64,000 nt of DNA from Planctomycetota bacterium. GTDB taxonomy: Bacteria > Planctomycetota > UBA8742 > UBA2392. How positions within the stretch are numbered: the stretch's first letter is position 1; every line of letters starts with the position of its first letter. The position numbers and the translations under genes are program-made. Where the stretch lies: assembly GCA_016712285.1 (NCBI GenBank), contig JADJRK010000001.1, forward strand, positions 2,113,098 to 2,177,097, given 5' to 3'. Below are positions 45,131 through 55,521 of this stretch, piece by piece. Under the pieces are notes generated by a model. That model was not told the origin of the DNA and ran no database searches. It was given only the letters and a program-made list of their open reading frames with translations.

Positions 45131-46382
45131 CTGCAGGCATAGGGCCGCGCCGCTTGAGCCGGCGCGCCACCGTATGCCACACCAGGCCGGCGACAATCAG
45201 GCCCAGGCCGGCGGCCCAGACCCGCCAGTCCACCCAGAACGCAAGAAACAGGCAGGCCGCAAGCCCGACCAGCGCAATCCAGCGCGGATAAAGCCTCTGC
45301 CCGGGCGGCAAACGCAGGGCCGCGGCGTTGGTGATGGCGTAGTACACCAGCACCGTGAACGCGCTGAAGCTCCAGGTGGTTTTCACGTCACCGATCAGCA
45401 CCAGCGCCGCGATCACAATGCCGGTCAGGATCACAGCCGGTACCGGCGTGGTGCCCGACGCGTTCACGCGGGCCAGCACCGATGGCATGTCGCCGCGACG
45501 CCCCAGCGCCAGCCACATGCGCGACAGGCCCAGCACCAGGTTCAGCAATACGCCCAGCATGGCGATCATGGCGCCCTGGGCCACGATCCAGATCACGGGC
45601 CGGCTGTAGCTGGATGCCGCCGACAACGGCGCCGCCGGCGCGATCGTTCCGCCCAAGCCCACCAGCACGATCGCGACCGCCGCGTAGACCAACGCGGAAA
45701 GGGCCAGCGTCACGATCATTGCCCGCGGGATGTTGCGCCGGGGGTCGTTGATCTCTTCGCCCATCGTCGCGATTCGCCCGTAACCCGTGTAGGCCACGAA
45801 CGCCAGCGCCGAAGCCTCCAGCAGCCCCGGCACGCCGCCACTGAAGAATGGCGAAAATGCTGCGCCGGACACTCGCGACGAACCGGCCCCCACAAAGACT
45901 GCCAGTGCGCCACAGGCCAGCAGCACCAGTATGCCGTTGAGCCAGTTGCTGCGGCGCACGCCCGACAGCACCAGCAGGGTAAACAGCACCACGGCCCCGC
46001 CCGCGATTGCCGATTGCAGCCACCGGCCATGCAAGTCGAGGGCACGCATGAAGTAGGCCGCGAAGCCGAGTGCCGCCGTTGCCGCACTGGCGCTCTTGGC
46101 AAGCAGGAACAGCCAGCCGGCTGTGAAGCCCAGCGACGGCGTCAGGTACTTGTAGCCATACTCGTAACTGCCGCCGCTGACGGGGTGCGAAGCGGCAAGC
46201 TGCGCACTGTTCAGGCCGTTGGCCGTCGCGACAGCGGCTGCGATGCATACGGCAAGCAGAACGGACGGTCCCGCAATGTCGGCTGCGACGCCAATGCTGA
46301 CGAAAATCCCGGTGCCGATGATGCTGCCCATGCCCAGCAGCACGGCGCCAAAGACTCCGACCGATCGTTTCAGCTCAGCCAT
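45111..46382 (-). CDS. APC-family amino acid permease
   Basis: 423 aa, 12 TM; N-terminus MAELKRSVGVFGAVLLGMGSIIGTGIF typical of APC transporters. Confidence 0.85.
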   Translation of the reverse strand: MAELKRSVGVFGAVLLGMGSIIGTGIFVSIGVAADIAGPSVLLAVCIAAAVATANGLNSAQLAASHPVSGGSYEYGYKYLTPSLGFTAGWLFLLAKSASAATAALGFAAYFMRALDLHGRWLQSAIAGGAVVLFTLLVLSGVRRSNWLNGILVLLACGALAVFVGAGSSRVSGAAFSPFFSGGVPGLLEASALAFVAYTGYGRIATMGEEINDPRRNIPRAMIVTLALSALVYAAVAIVLVGLGGTIAPAAPLSAASSYSRPVIWIVAQGAMIAMLGVLLNLVLGLSRMWLALGRRGDMPSVLARVNASGTTPVPAVILTGIVIAALVLIGDVKTTWSFSAFTVLVYYAITNAAALRLPPGQRLYPRWIALVGLAACLFLAFWVDWRVWAAGLGLIVAGLVWHTVARRLKRRGPMPAANHNDQ

Positions 46383-46594
46383 GGTCCACAGTTGAGGATC
46401 AACACACCAACTGTCTACGAAACTCCGCGGAAAGGCACAAAGCAGCCACGGAGATCACGGATCTACACGGAGAAAGGCAACAGCCTCGACAGGATGCAAA
46501 GCGCAATCCCCCGCATCGTGTTGCGGTCCAGTTCTCCGTGTTCTCCGTGGCTGACAGTCTTGTCGTTGGATCGCATTGCAGCGCCAGGATTGCA

Positions 46595-46638
46595 TGAAAA
46601 AGCAACGCGCAGCGCCCGTAGGGGCGCCGCGCGTTCAA
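46595..46638 (-). terminator. strong rho-independent terminator
   Basis: Minus strand: AACGCGCGGCGCCC-CTAC-GGGCGCTGCGCGTT (14-bp stem) followed by GCTTTTTC; directly after the 46652 stop. Confidence 0.8.
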
Positions 46639-46651
46639 GGGCGGTCACAGC

Positions 46652-46864
46652 TTAGGTGTTCGGCGACTCGTACAGGATGTCGCGGCTGGGGTCGTCGTAG
46701 TCGTAGTTGAAGAAGAACCGGTCGAACGTGCGATGCATCCGGTCAAGGTCTTCGTTCCATGAACGGAAGTGGTTCAAGTTGTGGTTCCAGTCCACGAACG
46801 AGAAGCAGCCGCTCAGCGAAGTCGCAACCAGCACCAGCAACAGGACAGCAACGGGTTTACGCAT
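46652..46864 (-). CDS. small hypothetical lipoprotein
   Basis: MRKPVAVLLLVLVATSLSGC lipobox; ORF extends to 46993. Confidence 0.45.
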   Translation of the reverse strand: MRKPVAVLLLVLVATSLSGCFSFVDWNHNLNHFRSWNEDLDRMHRTFDRFFFNYDYDDPSRDILYESPNT

Positions 46865-46958
46865 AGAAATCCCCACCATGCCTAAAGTGGCAGCGCCACA
46901 CAATTGCGAGGGGTACTCGTCTGGGGGGTATGTAACTCTACCCCGGGCCGACTGCCCG

Positions 46959-47501
46959 TCAAGCCGAAATCTGCGGTCCCTTACCGCCCGCAAACACCCG
47001 CCGCGACACGATCAACCCGGCGGCCAACAGCGTTGCGAGCCCGCTTACACCCATGCTCCAGCCGTGGCTGGAGCGGAATTCGGCCCTTTCGGCATCGTCG
47101 GCCAGTTCGCCGTTGGTCCAGGTCGAGTTCTCGCGCAGGTGCTTCATGCTGGGCGCGAAATAGAACTGTGTCAGGCATGCACCGGCAAACATCACGGCTG
47201 CCACCAAGGCCATGATCTGCCACTTGCGCGGTGCACGTAAGTTGTTGTCTGGTGGTGACTTAGCTGCGAACACACAACCCAGCAGTGCCAGCGCGGCTGT
47301 GATCAGCATTGGCCAGCCCAGCCGGTCGAACATGCTGCCGGCCAACGTGTTGGCGATGTGCTTGTCGAAGCCCTGTTCGCGCGAGACACCAAAGATCACG
47401 CTGGCAGCCACGCTGGTGCCCACGGACGCGCCCACAAGGATCCCCAGGCACAGGTCGGTCAAACCATGGATCAGCCGCGCGAGCTTCATGGGGCTGATCA
47501 T
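46959..47501 (-). CDS. hypothetical membrane protein (4 TM)
   Basis: ORF 46959-47669; start placed at MISPMKLARL; start uncertain. Confidence 0.45.
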   Translation of the reverse strand: MISPMKLARLIHGLTDLCLGILVGASVGTSVAASVIFGVSREQGFDKHIANTLAGSMFDRLGWPMLITAALALLGCVFAAKSPPDNNLRAPRKWQIMALVAAVMFAGACLTQFYFAPSMKHLRENSTWTNGELADDAERAEFRSSHGWSMGVSGLATLLAAGLIVSRRVFAGGKGPQISA

Positions 47502-47740
47502 GTCTTGCGGGCGGTTCGAATCCACACCCCGGCTTGTAATCGCCGCACGGGCCCGCGCGGGCGATACTTCAGGCGTGAAGGGAGGCGGGCAATGAAACGC
47601 ACACTGGCGCAACAGGTTCAAAGCACCGAGCGGGCCACCAACGAGGTCGCCGATGTGATGCACAGCCACAAACTCTGGCTGGCCGAGTTGGTGGCAAGCG
47701 TGCTCAGTCTGGTGATGTTCTGGAGGTAGCGCGGACTTGG

Positions 47741-49363
47741 CTACTCACCCGCCGTGCGCAGTTGGTGTTTTTCCTGGATGGCCTGGGCCGCGTTGACGCT
47801 TTGCTCAAGCCCCGATTTCACCGCAGGCTCGGTGCGGTTGAGGAACCAGCCGGGCGCCACGCCGATCAGGAAGATCATCGCAACCATTGGCAGCGAGAAC
47901 GTCATCTCGGTGGCTGTGACGTCCTTGAGGCTCTTGTTCTCTTCGACCTTGATTTCGCCAAAGAACACGCGCTGGTAGCTCCAGAGCATGTAGATCGCGC
48001 CCAGGATCACGCCGCTGGCTGCGAACACGGCCAGCGTGCTGTGCAGGTTCCAGCTCCAGCCTTCGCGCAGGCCATCCAGGTCGCCGCCGAACGTTCCCAG
48101 CAGAATCAGGAACTCGCCGACGAACCCGTTGGTGCCCGGCAAGCCGACGCTGGCCAGTGTCGCGACCATGAACAGGATCGCGAACTTGGGCATGACCTTG
48201 GCAATGCCGCCGTACTCGTCAAACAGGCGCGTGTGGCGGCGCTCGTAGACAATGCCGATCAGAAGGAACAGCAGGCCCGTGCTGAGGCCGTGGTTGATGT
48301 TCTGGATCAGCGCGCCCTGGGTCGCGATCAGGTTGAAGCTGAAAATCCCCAGCACGATGAAGCCCATGTGGCCGACCGAGCTGTAGGCAACCATGCGCTT
48401 CCAGTCGCCGTTACTGAGCAGCTGCGCAACCGACATCAGTGAACCGTAGATGATGCCGACCACGGCCAGAACGCATATCGCGGGGCCAAGGGTCAGCGCG
48501 GGCTCTGGAAAGAACGGGATGGCAAAACGCAGCATGCCGTAGGTGCCCAGCTTCAGCAGCACGCCGGCCAGCACGACTGAACCGCCGGTGGGTGCCTCTG
48601 TGTGGGCATCAGGCAGCCACGTGTGAAACGGGAACATCGGCGTCTTGACCGCAAAACTCAACATGAACGCCAGGAAGCACACGTACTGGGCCGCCTTGCT
48701 GAAACGCCCGTCAATCGCCATCTGCTGCAGGCGCGTGGTCAGCTCGGTGATCTCGAACGTGCCGGCGAGGTTGGCCACGTACAGCACCGCAAGGAACATC
48801 AGCAGTGAGCCGAGCAGCGTATAGATAAAGAACTTGATCGCGGCGTCGCGGCGCCCCTGGGGGTCGCTCCCCCACACGCCGATCAACAGGTACATCGGGA
48901 TCAGCATCAGCTCAAAGAACACGTAGAACAGGAACAGGTCCAGCGCGCAGAAGCTGCCGATCACGCCGGTCTCAAGCACCAGCATCGCGATGAAGAACTC
49001 TTTCACGCGCTTGTGCACGTTGGTCGAGCACGAAAGCATGATGATCGGGCCCAGGAAGGTCGTCAGCAGCACCAGGAACAGGCTGATGCCGTCTACGCCC
49101 ATGGCGTACTGGATGTTGAAGGCGGGAATCCAGTCCACCTTCTCGACCATCTGGAAGCTGGCGTTGCTCTTGAACTCGAACAGGATCGGCAGGCTGGCCA
49201 CGAACGTGATCAGCGAGAAGAAGATGCTGGTGGCTTTGATCTCGCGGTGGCGCTTGCTGTTGATGAACGCAATGAACATCGCGCCCACCAGCGGCAGGAA
49301 CGTGATTACACTGAGGTGGTGCTTCAGGTTTTGCGGGTCAAATGCCGCGGCCAAAAAGTCCAT
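47741..49363 (-). CDS. NuoM/MnhD-family proton-pumping antiporter-like subunit (complex I chain M-like), stand-alone
   Basis: ~540 aa, ~14 TM; NuoM-family conserved blocks (WLPDAHTEAPT, GGSVVLAGVLLKLGTYG); no other nuo genes nearby. Confidence 0.7.
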   Translation of the reverse strand: MDFLAAAFDPQNLKHHLSVITFLPLVGAMFIAFINSKRHREIKATSIFFSLITFVASLPILFEFKSNASFQMVEKVDWIPAFNIQYAMGVDGISLFLVLLTTFLGPIIMLSCSTNVHKRVKEFFIAMLVLETGVIGSFCALDLFLFYVFFELMLIPMYLLIGVWGSDPQGRRDAAIKFFIYTLLGSLLMFLAVLYVANLAGTFEITELTTRLQQMAIDGRFSKAAQYVCFLAFMLSFAVKTPMFPFHTWLPDAHTEAPTGGSVVLAGVLLKLGTYGMLRFAIPFFPEPALTLGPAICVLAVVGIIYGSLMSVAQLLSNGDWKRMVAYSSVGHMGFIVLGIFSFNLIATQGALIQNINHGLSTGLLFLLIGIVYERRHTRLFDEYGGIAKVMPKFAILFMVATLASVGLPGTNGFVGEFLILLGTFGGDLDGLREGWSWNLHSTLAVFAASGVILGAIYMLWSYQRVFFGEIKVEENKSLKDVTATEMTFSLPMVAMIFLIGVAPGWFLNRTEPAVKSGLEQSVNAAQAIQEKHQLRTAGE

Positions 49364-49498
49364 CGAACGCCCCAACCGTATCGAGGCCGGATGTTAGAGG
49401 GGGGCAACCCGGATGCAAGCCTGTTTGAAGTGCGGAAACGGTCACAGATTTCTCCCCTGCCCGGGGGCAGGGGAGTCGAATCGTCCGCAACGGCCCAA

Positions 49499-50740
49499 TC
49501 AAGCAATCTTCAGGTCTTTGAACGCCGACAGCGTCGGTTTGATCACCGGCGCATCCGGCAGCACGCCGGGCTCCATCAGGGCATCCATCGTCTTCAGCCC
49601 CTGCCCGGTGATGCACAGGACCGTGGTTTCATCCTTGTTGATGCGCCCGGCTTTGGCGAGCTTGGCGAACGTAGCGACGGTGACCCCGCCCGCGGTTTCG
49701 GTGAACAGGCCCTCGGTTTCGGCCAGCAGCTTCATGCCCTCAACAATCTCGGCGTCGCTGACGTCGTCGCCGCCGCCGCCTGAATCAAGGCACAGCCGCG
49801 ACGCGTAGTATCCGTCCGCAGGGTTGCCAATCGCGATGCTGCGGGCGATCGTGTCGGGGTTCTTGACCGGCTTGATCAGGTCCGACTTGCGCTTGATCGC
49901 GTCGGTGATGGGGTTGCAGCCTGTCGCCTGTGCGCCCCAGAAGCGGGTCTTGACCTCGTTTTCAAGCAGCCCGAGTTTTTCGAACTCTTTGAACGCTTTG
50001 TTCAGTTTGTTGATCAGCGAGCCGCCGGCCATGCACACCACGACGTTGTCGGGCGCGCGCCAGCCCAGCTGCTCGGCGACTTCAAAGCCCATGCTCTTGC
50101 TGCCCTCGGCGTAATACGCGCGCAGGTTCACGTTCACGATGCCGATTTTCGCGTCGTTGGCGATCTCGGCGCACAGGCGGTTCACGTCGTCGTAGTGGCC
50201 ATCGACCTTGATCAGCTTCGCGCCGTAAATCTGCGTGTTCACGACCTTGGCGCGCTCGAGCGTTTTCGGGATCAGGATGACAGCCTTCAAACCGGCCTGG
50301 GCGGCCTGGGCGGCGACGCTGTTGGCCAGGTTGCCCGTGCTGGCACAGCCGACCGTCTCAAAGCCAAAGCGCTTTGCACGTGCGACGCTGACGGCAACGA
50401 CACGGTCTTTGAAACTGAGCGTCGGCACGCACACGCCATCGAACTTCACGTACAGCTTGGGAAAACCCAAGCGCTTGCCCAGGTTCTTCGCGTGGTACAG
50501 CGGCGTGCCGCCGGTGTTGAAGCCGCTGACCGGCTCTTGCTCAGGCAACAGTTCGCGGTAGCGCCACATGTTGAAGGCGCGCTTGGTGATGGTTTCGCGG
50601 CTGAAACCCTTCTTGACCGCGGGATAGTCGTAGATGACCTCGAGGGGCCCGAAGTCGTGTTCGCAAACGTTGATCGGGTTGTCCGCGTACTCAGTGCCGC
50701 ACTCTCTGCAGCGCAGACCAACCGCCGTGGCGGTACTCAT
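49499..50740 (-). CDS. thrC: threonine synthase with N-terminal zinc ribbon
   Basis: RCRECGTEY zinc ribbon; PLP-lysine region SFKDR; GCASTGN; start at MSTATAV (ORF extends to 50788). Confidence 0.85.
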   Translation of the reverse strand: MSTATAVGLRCRECGTEYADNPINVCEHDFGPLEVIYDYPAVKKGFSRETITKRAFNMWRYRELLPEQEPVSGFNTGGTPLYHAKNLGKRLGFPKLYVKFDGVCVPTLSFKDRVVAVSVARAKRFGFETVGCASTGNLANSVAAQAAQAGLKAVILIPKTLERAKVVNTQIYGAKLIKVDGHYDDVNRLCAEIANDAKIGIVNVNLRAYYAEGSKSMGFEVAEQLGWRAPDNVVVCMAGGSLINKLNKAFKEFEKLGLLENEVKTRFWGAQATGCNPITDAIKRKSDLIKPVKNPDTIARSIAIGNPADGYYASRLCLDSGGGGDDVSDAEIVEGMKLLAETEGLFTETAGGVTVATFAKLAKAGRINKDETTVLCITGQGLKTMDALMEPGVLPDAPVIKPTLSAFKDLKIA

Positions 50741-50830
50741 GGAATCTCTCCATACCAAGGCCCGTGAAGGGGCAGAGCGTAGCAACAAGAACCCCCCGCG
50801 AAAGCGGGGGGTTACAGTGGTGGGCGGACG

Positions 50831-52174
50831 CTAGCTTTGCAGGCGCTTGAGGGCTTCGCCTACCCAGTAGCGCACGTCTTCGTCTTCGTCCTGCAGCGCT
50901 TTCTTTAGCGCGGCTTCAGCGGGGCGCGCCTTGTCGCCCAGCTTTTCCAGGGCGCGCGCGGCGTTGAACCTTACGCGCTCGTCTTCATCGCTCAGGCACT
51001 TGGCAAGCTCCGACACGGCTGCGCTGGCGCTATCGCCGAGCTGGCTCAAGGCATTCAGACTGCGCAGCCGCACGTGGGTGTTGGCGCCGCTGAGCACCTT
51101 GCGCAATGGCTCGACCGACGCGGTACCAATGGCGCCCAACGCATCACTTGCGGCGCGGCTGACTTCGCCGTCGTCTTTCATCGCCGCCATCAGCTTGGCG
51201 ACGGCGCCGGCGGCCGCGGGGCCGATCCCGCGCAGCGCGTCGGCGGCCTGCATGCACACCGCTTCATCATCCAGCAATTCTGCCAACGCGGGCACGGCGT
51301 CTTTGGCATCGGGCCCGATCTGCCCAAGCGCGATGACTGCGCGGCGGCGCACGCGGGCGTCCCCATCGCTGAGCACATCAATGAGCGCGTTCACCGCACC
51401 CTTGCCGATGCGACCCAAGGACTTGGCGGCTGCCGCGCGCACGTTCGGGTCTTCATCCTTCAGGGCCCTGGTCAGCACCGGCACCGCGACCTCGGCGGCT
51501 GGGCCGATGTTGCCCAGTGCCTCGGCGGCGATGGTCTGCACGCTGGCGACGTCGTCCTTGAGCACTTCCATGAGTGCCGGCACGGCGCCGCTTGCGGCGG
51601 GTCCGATGCGGCCGATCGCGTGGGCGGCGTCAAAGCGCACGTTGGGGTCTTTGTCGCGCAGCGCGTTGCACAGGGGCCCGACGGCTTCAACGCCCATGTC
51701 GCCAAGGGCCTCGGCGGCGGCGCGGCGCACGTCAACCTTTTCGTCTTTCAGTGCGATCATCAGCTCCGGGATCGCGTCCTTGGCGGCACGGCCAATCTTG
51801 CGCAGCGCCTCGGCGGCGTAGCAGCGGATCTCGCCGGCGGTGTCGCGCAACGCGTGGGCCAGCGCCGGCACCGCGTCAACGGCGCGGTGGCCAATCATGC
51901 GGATCGCCTCAAGGCTGCGGCGGCGGATGTCAAGCTCGTTGGCTTTCAGTGATTCAATCAGCGACGGCACGCTGGCGGTGCCGATGCGGCCGAGTGCAAA
52001 CGCCGCGTCAAACACCACGTGCTTGTTCTCGTCGCGCAGGGCGTGTGCCAGGGCCTTCACGGCGCCTTCGGCCTGCGGGCCGATCTTGCCCAAGGCTTCG
52101 GCCGCGCTGCGGCGCACCGCGGGGTCTTTGTCTTCAAGGCGTTCGATCAGGCGCTGCACTTCCGGAGTCGTCAT
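50831..52174 (-). CDS. HEAT-repeat (PBS lyase-like) protein
   Basis: 447 aa of ~30-aa repeats of the form VRxxAAxALGxIGxxA. Confidence 0.8.
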   Translation of the reverse strand: MTTPEVQRLIERLEDKDPAVRRSAAEALGKIGPQAEGAVKALAHALRDENKHVVFDAAFALGRIGTASVPSLIESLKANELDIRRRSLEAIRMIGHRAVDAVPALAHALRDTAGEIRCYAAEALRKIGRAAKDAIPELMIALKDEKVDVRRAAAEALGDMGVEAVGPLCNALRDKDPNVRFDAAHAIGRIGPAASGAVPALMEVLKDDVASVQTIAAEALGNIGPAAEVAVPVLTRALKDEDPNVRAAAAKSLGRIGKGAVNALIDVLSDGDARVRRRAVIALGQIGPDAKDAVPALAELLDDEAVCMQAADALRGIGPAAAGAVAKLMAAMKDDGEVSRAASDALGAIGTASVEPLRKVLSGANTHVRLRSLNALSQLGDSASAAVSELAKCLSDEDERVRFNAARALEKLGDKARPAEAALKKALQDEDEDVRYWVGEALKRLQS

Positions 52175-52292
52175 GGGTTTACCCTCGTCGTATTTTCTTC
52201 AGCATACCATGTTACGACTCGCACTGCCCGGCAGAGGCGAACGCAGCAGTCGCACGCAACTGTACGAATTTCATCAAAAACACACCGACTGC

Positions 52293-53363
52293 CTACTTTT
52301 GCCGCGGTGCCTTCAAACCGGCATCTGGCGCCTTGAACTTTCCTGAGCGCATCTGCTTCACAAGGTTCACCAGCGCGCTGGCAGCATTGGCGGCTTCTGC
52401 TTGAAACGCCGCGTCCTTGTCCAGGTCGTCGTGGCTGGTTGCGTAGGGCTGGTAGTAACCGACGTAGGCCCCGACGGCACTGGCTTCGTGCATGCCAAGG
52501 TCGCTCAGCCAGTCGCAGAGTATGCGGCGCAGGTTCTCAACGCCCGCGGCGTCGCCGTGGACGACCACGCTGAATGCGCGCCCCGCAAGGTGCTGCGGAT
52601 AGTCCCAGCCCTTGAGCTCAAGCGCCTTGGCGCGCGCCGGGTCTTTGCCGCCGGTCAGCGTGGGGTCAGGGTTGCCGCCATCGGCGCACACCAGCCGGTC
52701 GATCATCAGCTTCAAGCCGCCCGGCGCCTGGTACCAGTTCACGGGCGTTACGATCATCACGCCGTGGGCGGCGGCCCAGCGCGGGTAGATCTCGTTCATC
52801 CAGTCGCCGGTTTGCCCCATGGCGTGGTTGGGGTAGCACGAACACGGCCAGTTGCACAGCGGCATGGCTGTGCTCACGCAGGACTTGCACGGGTTGATCG
52901 TGCGGCCGTACTCGCTGGTCAGCAGGCTCAGGTCAAGAAAATCGACTTCAAAGCCGCGCTGCCGGCGAATCAGTTTCTCGGCAATCTTGGCCACGCGCCA
53001 CGACTTCGGAATCTCGCCGGGGCAGGTCTGGTCGCTGCGCATAGATCCGCTGACCAGCAGAATGCGGCTGGGTGATTGCGGGTCGGCCCGGCGCTTCTCG
53101 GCATCGCGGATGGCTTTTCGCGTGGCAAGCCATTCCACGGGCAATTGCATGCCCGCGTCATGAAAGCCACCGCCCGCGGGCCTGGTGCGCGGGCTCTTGT
53201 GGTACTTGTGATACGCCTGCCAGGCGACGTCTATGACGCGCGCCAACTCGGGTTCAATCGCTTCATAGGCCGGGTCGTAAAAGCGCTCACGGAAGCGGCG
53301 CTCAAACTCTTTGCGGGTCAGGGCCACGCTGGCTTGACCCTTGCGCACGTCAGGTTTGGTCAT
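52293..53363 (-). CDS. flavodoxin-like fold NAD(P)H-dependent FMN reductase-family protein
   Basis: ILLVSGSMRSDQT with following fold pattern (multimeric flavodoxin/iron-sulfur flavoprotein-like); start at MTKPDV. Confidence 0.55.
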   Translation of the reverse strand: MTKPDVRKGQASVALTRKEFERRFRERFYDPAYEAIEPELARVIDVAWQAYHKYHKSPRTRPAGGGFHDAGMQLPVEWLATRKAIRDAEKRRADPQSPSRILLVSGSMRSDQTCPGEIPKSWRVAKIAEKLIRRQRGFEVDFLDLSLLTSEYGRTINPCKSCVSTAMPLCNWPCSCYPNHAMGQTGDWMNEIYPRWAAAHGVMIVTPVNWYQAPGGLKLMIDRLVCADGGNPDPTLTGGKDPARAKALELKGWDYPQHLAGRAFSVVVHGDAAGVENLRRILCDWLSDLGMHEASAVGAYVGYYQPYATSHDDLDKDAAFQAEAANAASALVNLVKQMRSGKFKAPDAGLKAPRQK

Positions 53364-53423
53364 GCTCGGGCTCCGGCGAGGTGTATCGCAGCCTAACAGC
53401 ATCGCTGCCGGATTCATGCCCGA

Positions 53424-54734
53424 TTACTTCAGGACCCACGCCTTCCACTCAGCCTCGAAATCCGCCAGCGATTTGCCGAAGCGTTTGGCGAAGTCGCGGC
53501 GACGGGTGTCGGTACGGTAGTAGTCCACCAGCAGATACAGGTAGGCCTTGCGGTACTCCTTGTTCTCGAACAGGCAGTACCATCCGACACTGCCGGCCAG
53601 CGCGTACTTTTCCGTACTCGAGATCGGCGTGCCGTCGGCAAAGCCCGCATGGCCCTGCGCAAAGATCGGCGCCAATTCGGGCACTTTGCCGTCTTTGCCC
53701 TTCCATGCCTTGATCGTCCAGTCGCGCTGGTCTTCGAGGCCCTTGAGTTTGTAGCCGGTCTTGGTGAGTTGCAGGTCTTCAAAGACGATCGCGATGCTTT
53801 CGACAATCCAGGCGTGTTCGCGCGTGCTGGCCAACGACCAGGCATCCATCCCGCCGCGTCGCCCGCGCAGGCCGATCTCGACCAGCCGGTGCGCGCACTC
53901 GTGGAACAGCGTGCGCGCCAGGTTGTCCCAGCTCTTGTTCTTGCGACCGACGAAGTCGCAACGCTCGGCGTTGACCAGCACTGCGCCCAGCGAGCCGACG
54001 TGCAACCCGCCGTTGTCCTTGCCCATCGGAAACTCAAGCGACGTGGTGAAGTCCACAAACGTCTGCGCGTCCTTGCAGCACCAGACCACGTTGGGGTGAG
54101 GGCGGCGCGGCAGCACGTCGCCAATCAGCTCAAAAAAGATGTCGTCGAAGCGCTCAAGGTACTCGGCGTACTTCTTCGCCCGCGACCATGGCAGGTCGGT
54201 CACCAGGCAGAACGTCTTGCCGATGATGACCCACGGCTGTTGCCAGGTCACTTCGCGCTCTTGCTTGGCGGGCGCGCCTTCGAGCGCGATCGCCAACGGT
54301 GACAGCCGCTCATGCTCGGCTTTGGCAAGCCAGCCCATGCCCTTGAGTTCAAGCATGCCCGCGCGCTCCAGCGCCGGGGCGTAGTCCGGGCAGATCGTCA
54401 GCACGTCCTGGGCGGGATTGCCCGCGTCGAAGGCCCCTTGCGCGCGACGCCGCTGTGTGGCCTCAAGACGGTCGAGATAGCCACCCCATGCCTCGGCTGT
54501 GTATTCGTCAGGCAAGTCGGCGCACGCGGCGACGATTTCTTTGGCGCGGTCACCGTTGACGCCGGTGCACAACCTGATGGCTTCTGAGTTCAGCTCTTGC
54601 TCAAGGCAGTACTCGGCAAGCGCAACTGTCGCGTCGTGATAGCCCGCCTGCGAAGGGTGCCAGGGCAAACCATCGCCCCCATGCAGGCCACAGGCCAGCA
54701 GGGCGAACAGCAATACGGTGGTTGTTCGAAGCAT
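53424..54734 (-). CDS. secreted putative zinc metallopeptidase (HExxH)
   Basis: Signal MLRTTTVLLFALLACG; HECAHRL HExxH motif. Confidence 0.5.
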   Translation of the reverse strand: MLRTTTVLLFALLACGLHGGDGLPWHPSQAGYHDATVALAEYCLEQELNSEAIRLCTGVNGDRAKEIVAACADLPDEYTAEAWGGYLDRLEATQRRRAQGAFDAGNPAQDVLTICPDYAPALERAGMLELKGMGWLAKAEHERLSPLAIALEGAPAKQEREVTWQQPWVIIGKTFCLVTDLPWSRAKKYAEYLERFDDIFFELIGDVLPRRPHPNVVWCCKDAQTFVDFTTSLEFPMGKDNGGLHVGSLGAVLVNAERCDFVGRKNKSWDNLARTLFHECAHRLVEIGLRGRRGGMDAWSLASTREHAWIVESIAIVFEDLQLTKTGYKLKGLEDQRDWTIKAWKGKDGKVPELAPIFAQGHAGFADGTPISSTEKYALAGSVGWYCLFENKEYRKAYLYLLVDYYRTDTRRRDFAKRFGKSLADFEAEWKAWVLK

Positions 54735-54808
54735 GTGAATCGCCGAGGGGATGGCGACGGGGCCTGCCGCCATGATCGGTGTTCAGGGCTGGAACTGCAA
54801 CCGTGAAA

Positions 54809-55336
54809 TCAGCAACGCCGGCGGCGCAGTGCGGCCACGGCCATCAGGGCCAGCATCGCCAGGGCTGGCGGTGTGTACGCAACGCCTGCCACGCAGCCTG
54901 ATCTCTCTTCGGGCTTGGGGCCGTAGCAAGCCGCAGGCAAGACGGGTGTGGAATCAACCCTGATCTCGAAGCTGAACGTGGCATCGGGGTTGATGCCGTC
55001 GCTTGCGGTCAGCGAAACCACATGTGTGACGGACCCGACGTCGAACGTACCGCTGGTTGGCGTAACACTGTAGGGCCCGACGGCGGCAGCGGCGCTGAAC
55101 TCGGACTCCGCGATCGCCTGCGTGGTGACGTTCGAGACCGTCCCGACAAGGCTGACCGGGCTGCCGTCGGTGCTGTTGACGTCAATGACGATTTGCAGGT
55201 GGGTGAGTGTCTGGTTGCGGTAAGCCTCAACAAAACCGCCGTCGGCGACCGATGCGCCGCTGACGGTCACCGAAATCGTCGGTGCTGCAATGCAGCATGC
55301 CGGAAGCACCAGTAGCGCGAGCAGTAGGGCTCTCAT
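54809..55336 (-). CDS. secreted protein with MYXO-CTERM-like sorting signal
   Basis: Signal MRALLLALLVLPACCIAA; C-terminus SGCVAGVAYTPPALAMLALMAVAALRRRRC. Confidence 0.55.
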   Translation of the reverse strand: MRALLLALLVLPACCIAAPTISVTVSGASVADGGFVEAYRNQTLTHLQIVIDVNSTDGSPVSLVGTVSNVTTQAIAESEFSAAAAVGPYSVTPTSGTFDVGSVTHVVSLTASDGINPDATFSFEIRVDSTPVLPAACYGPKPEERSGCVAGVAYTPPALAMLALMAVAALRRRRC

Positions 55337-55521
55337 CGGTATCCTCGGGCAATAAGCATATCACATGCCCGCCGGCTTGCGAATACAGGCATTTCTGTGC
55401 GATTCGCGCCAGGATTGTGCGGACCCGCGCTTCTGCCTCATTTCTTGGCCAAAGCTGAAAAATCCGGAGAAGTTGGAACCGGCGTAACGGATTTCGCAAC
55501 CAAGGAGTAGTTGAGGAAGCC

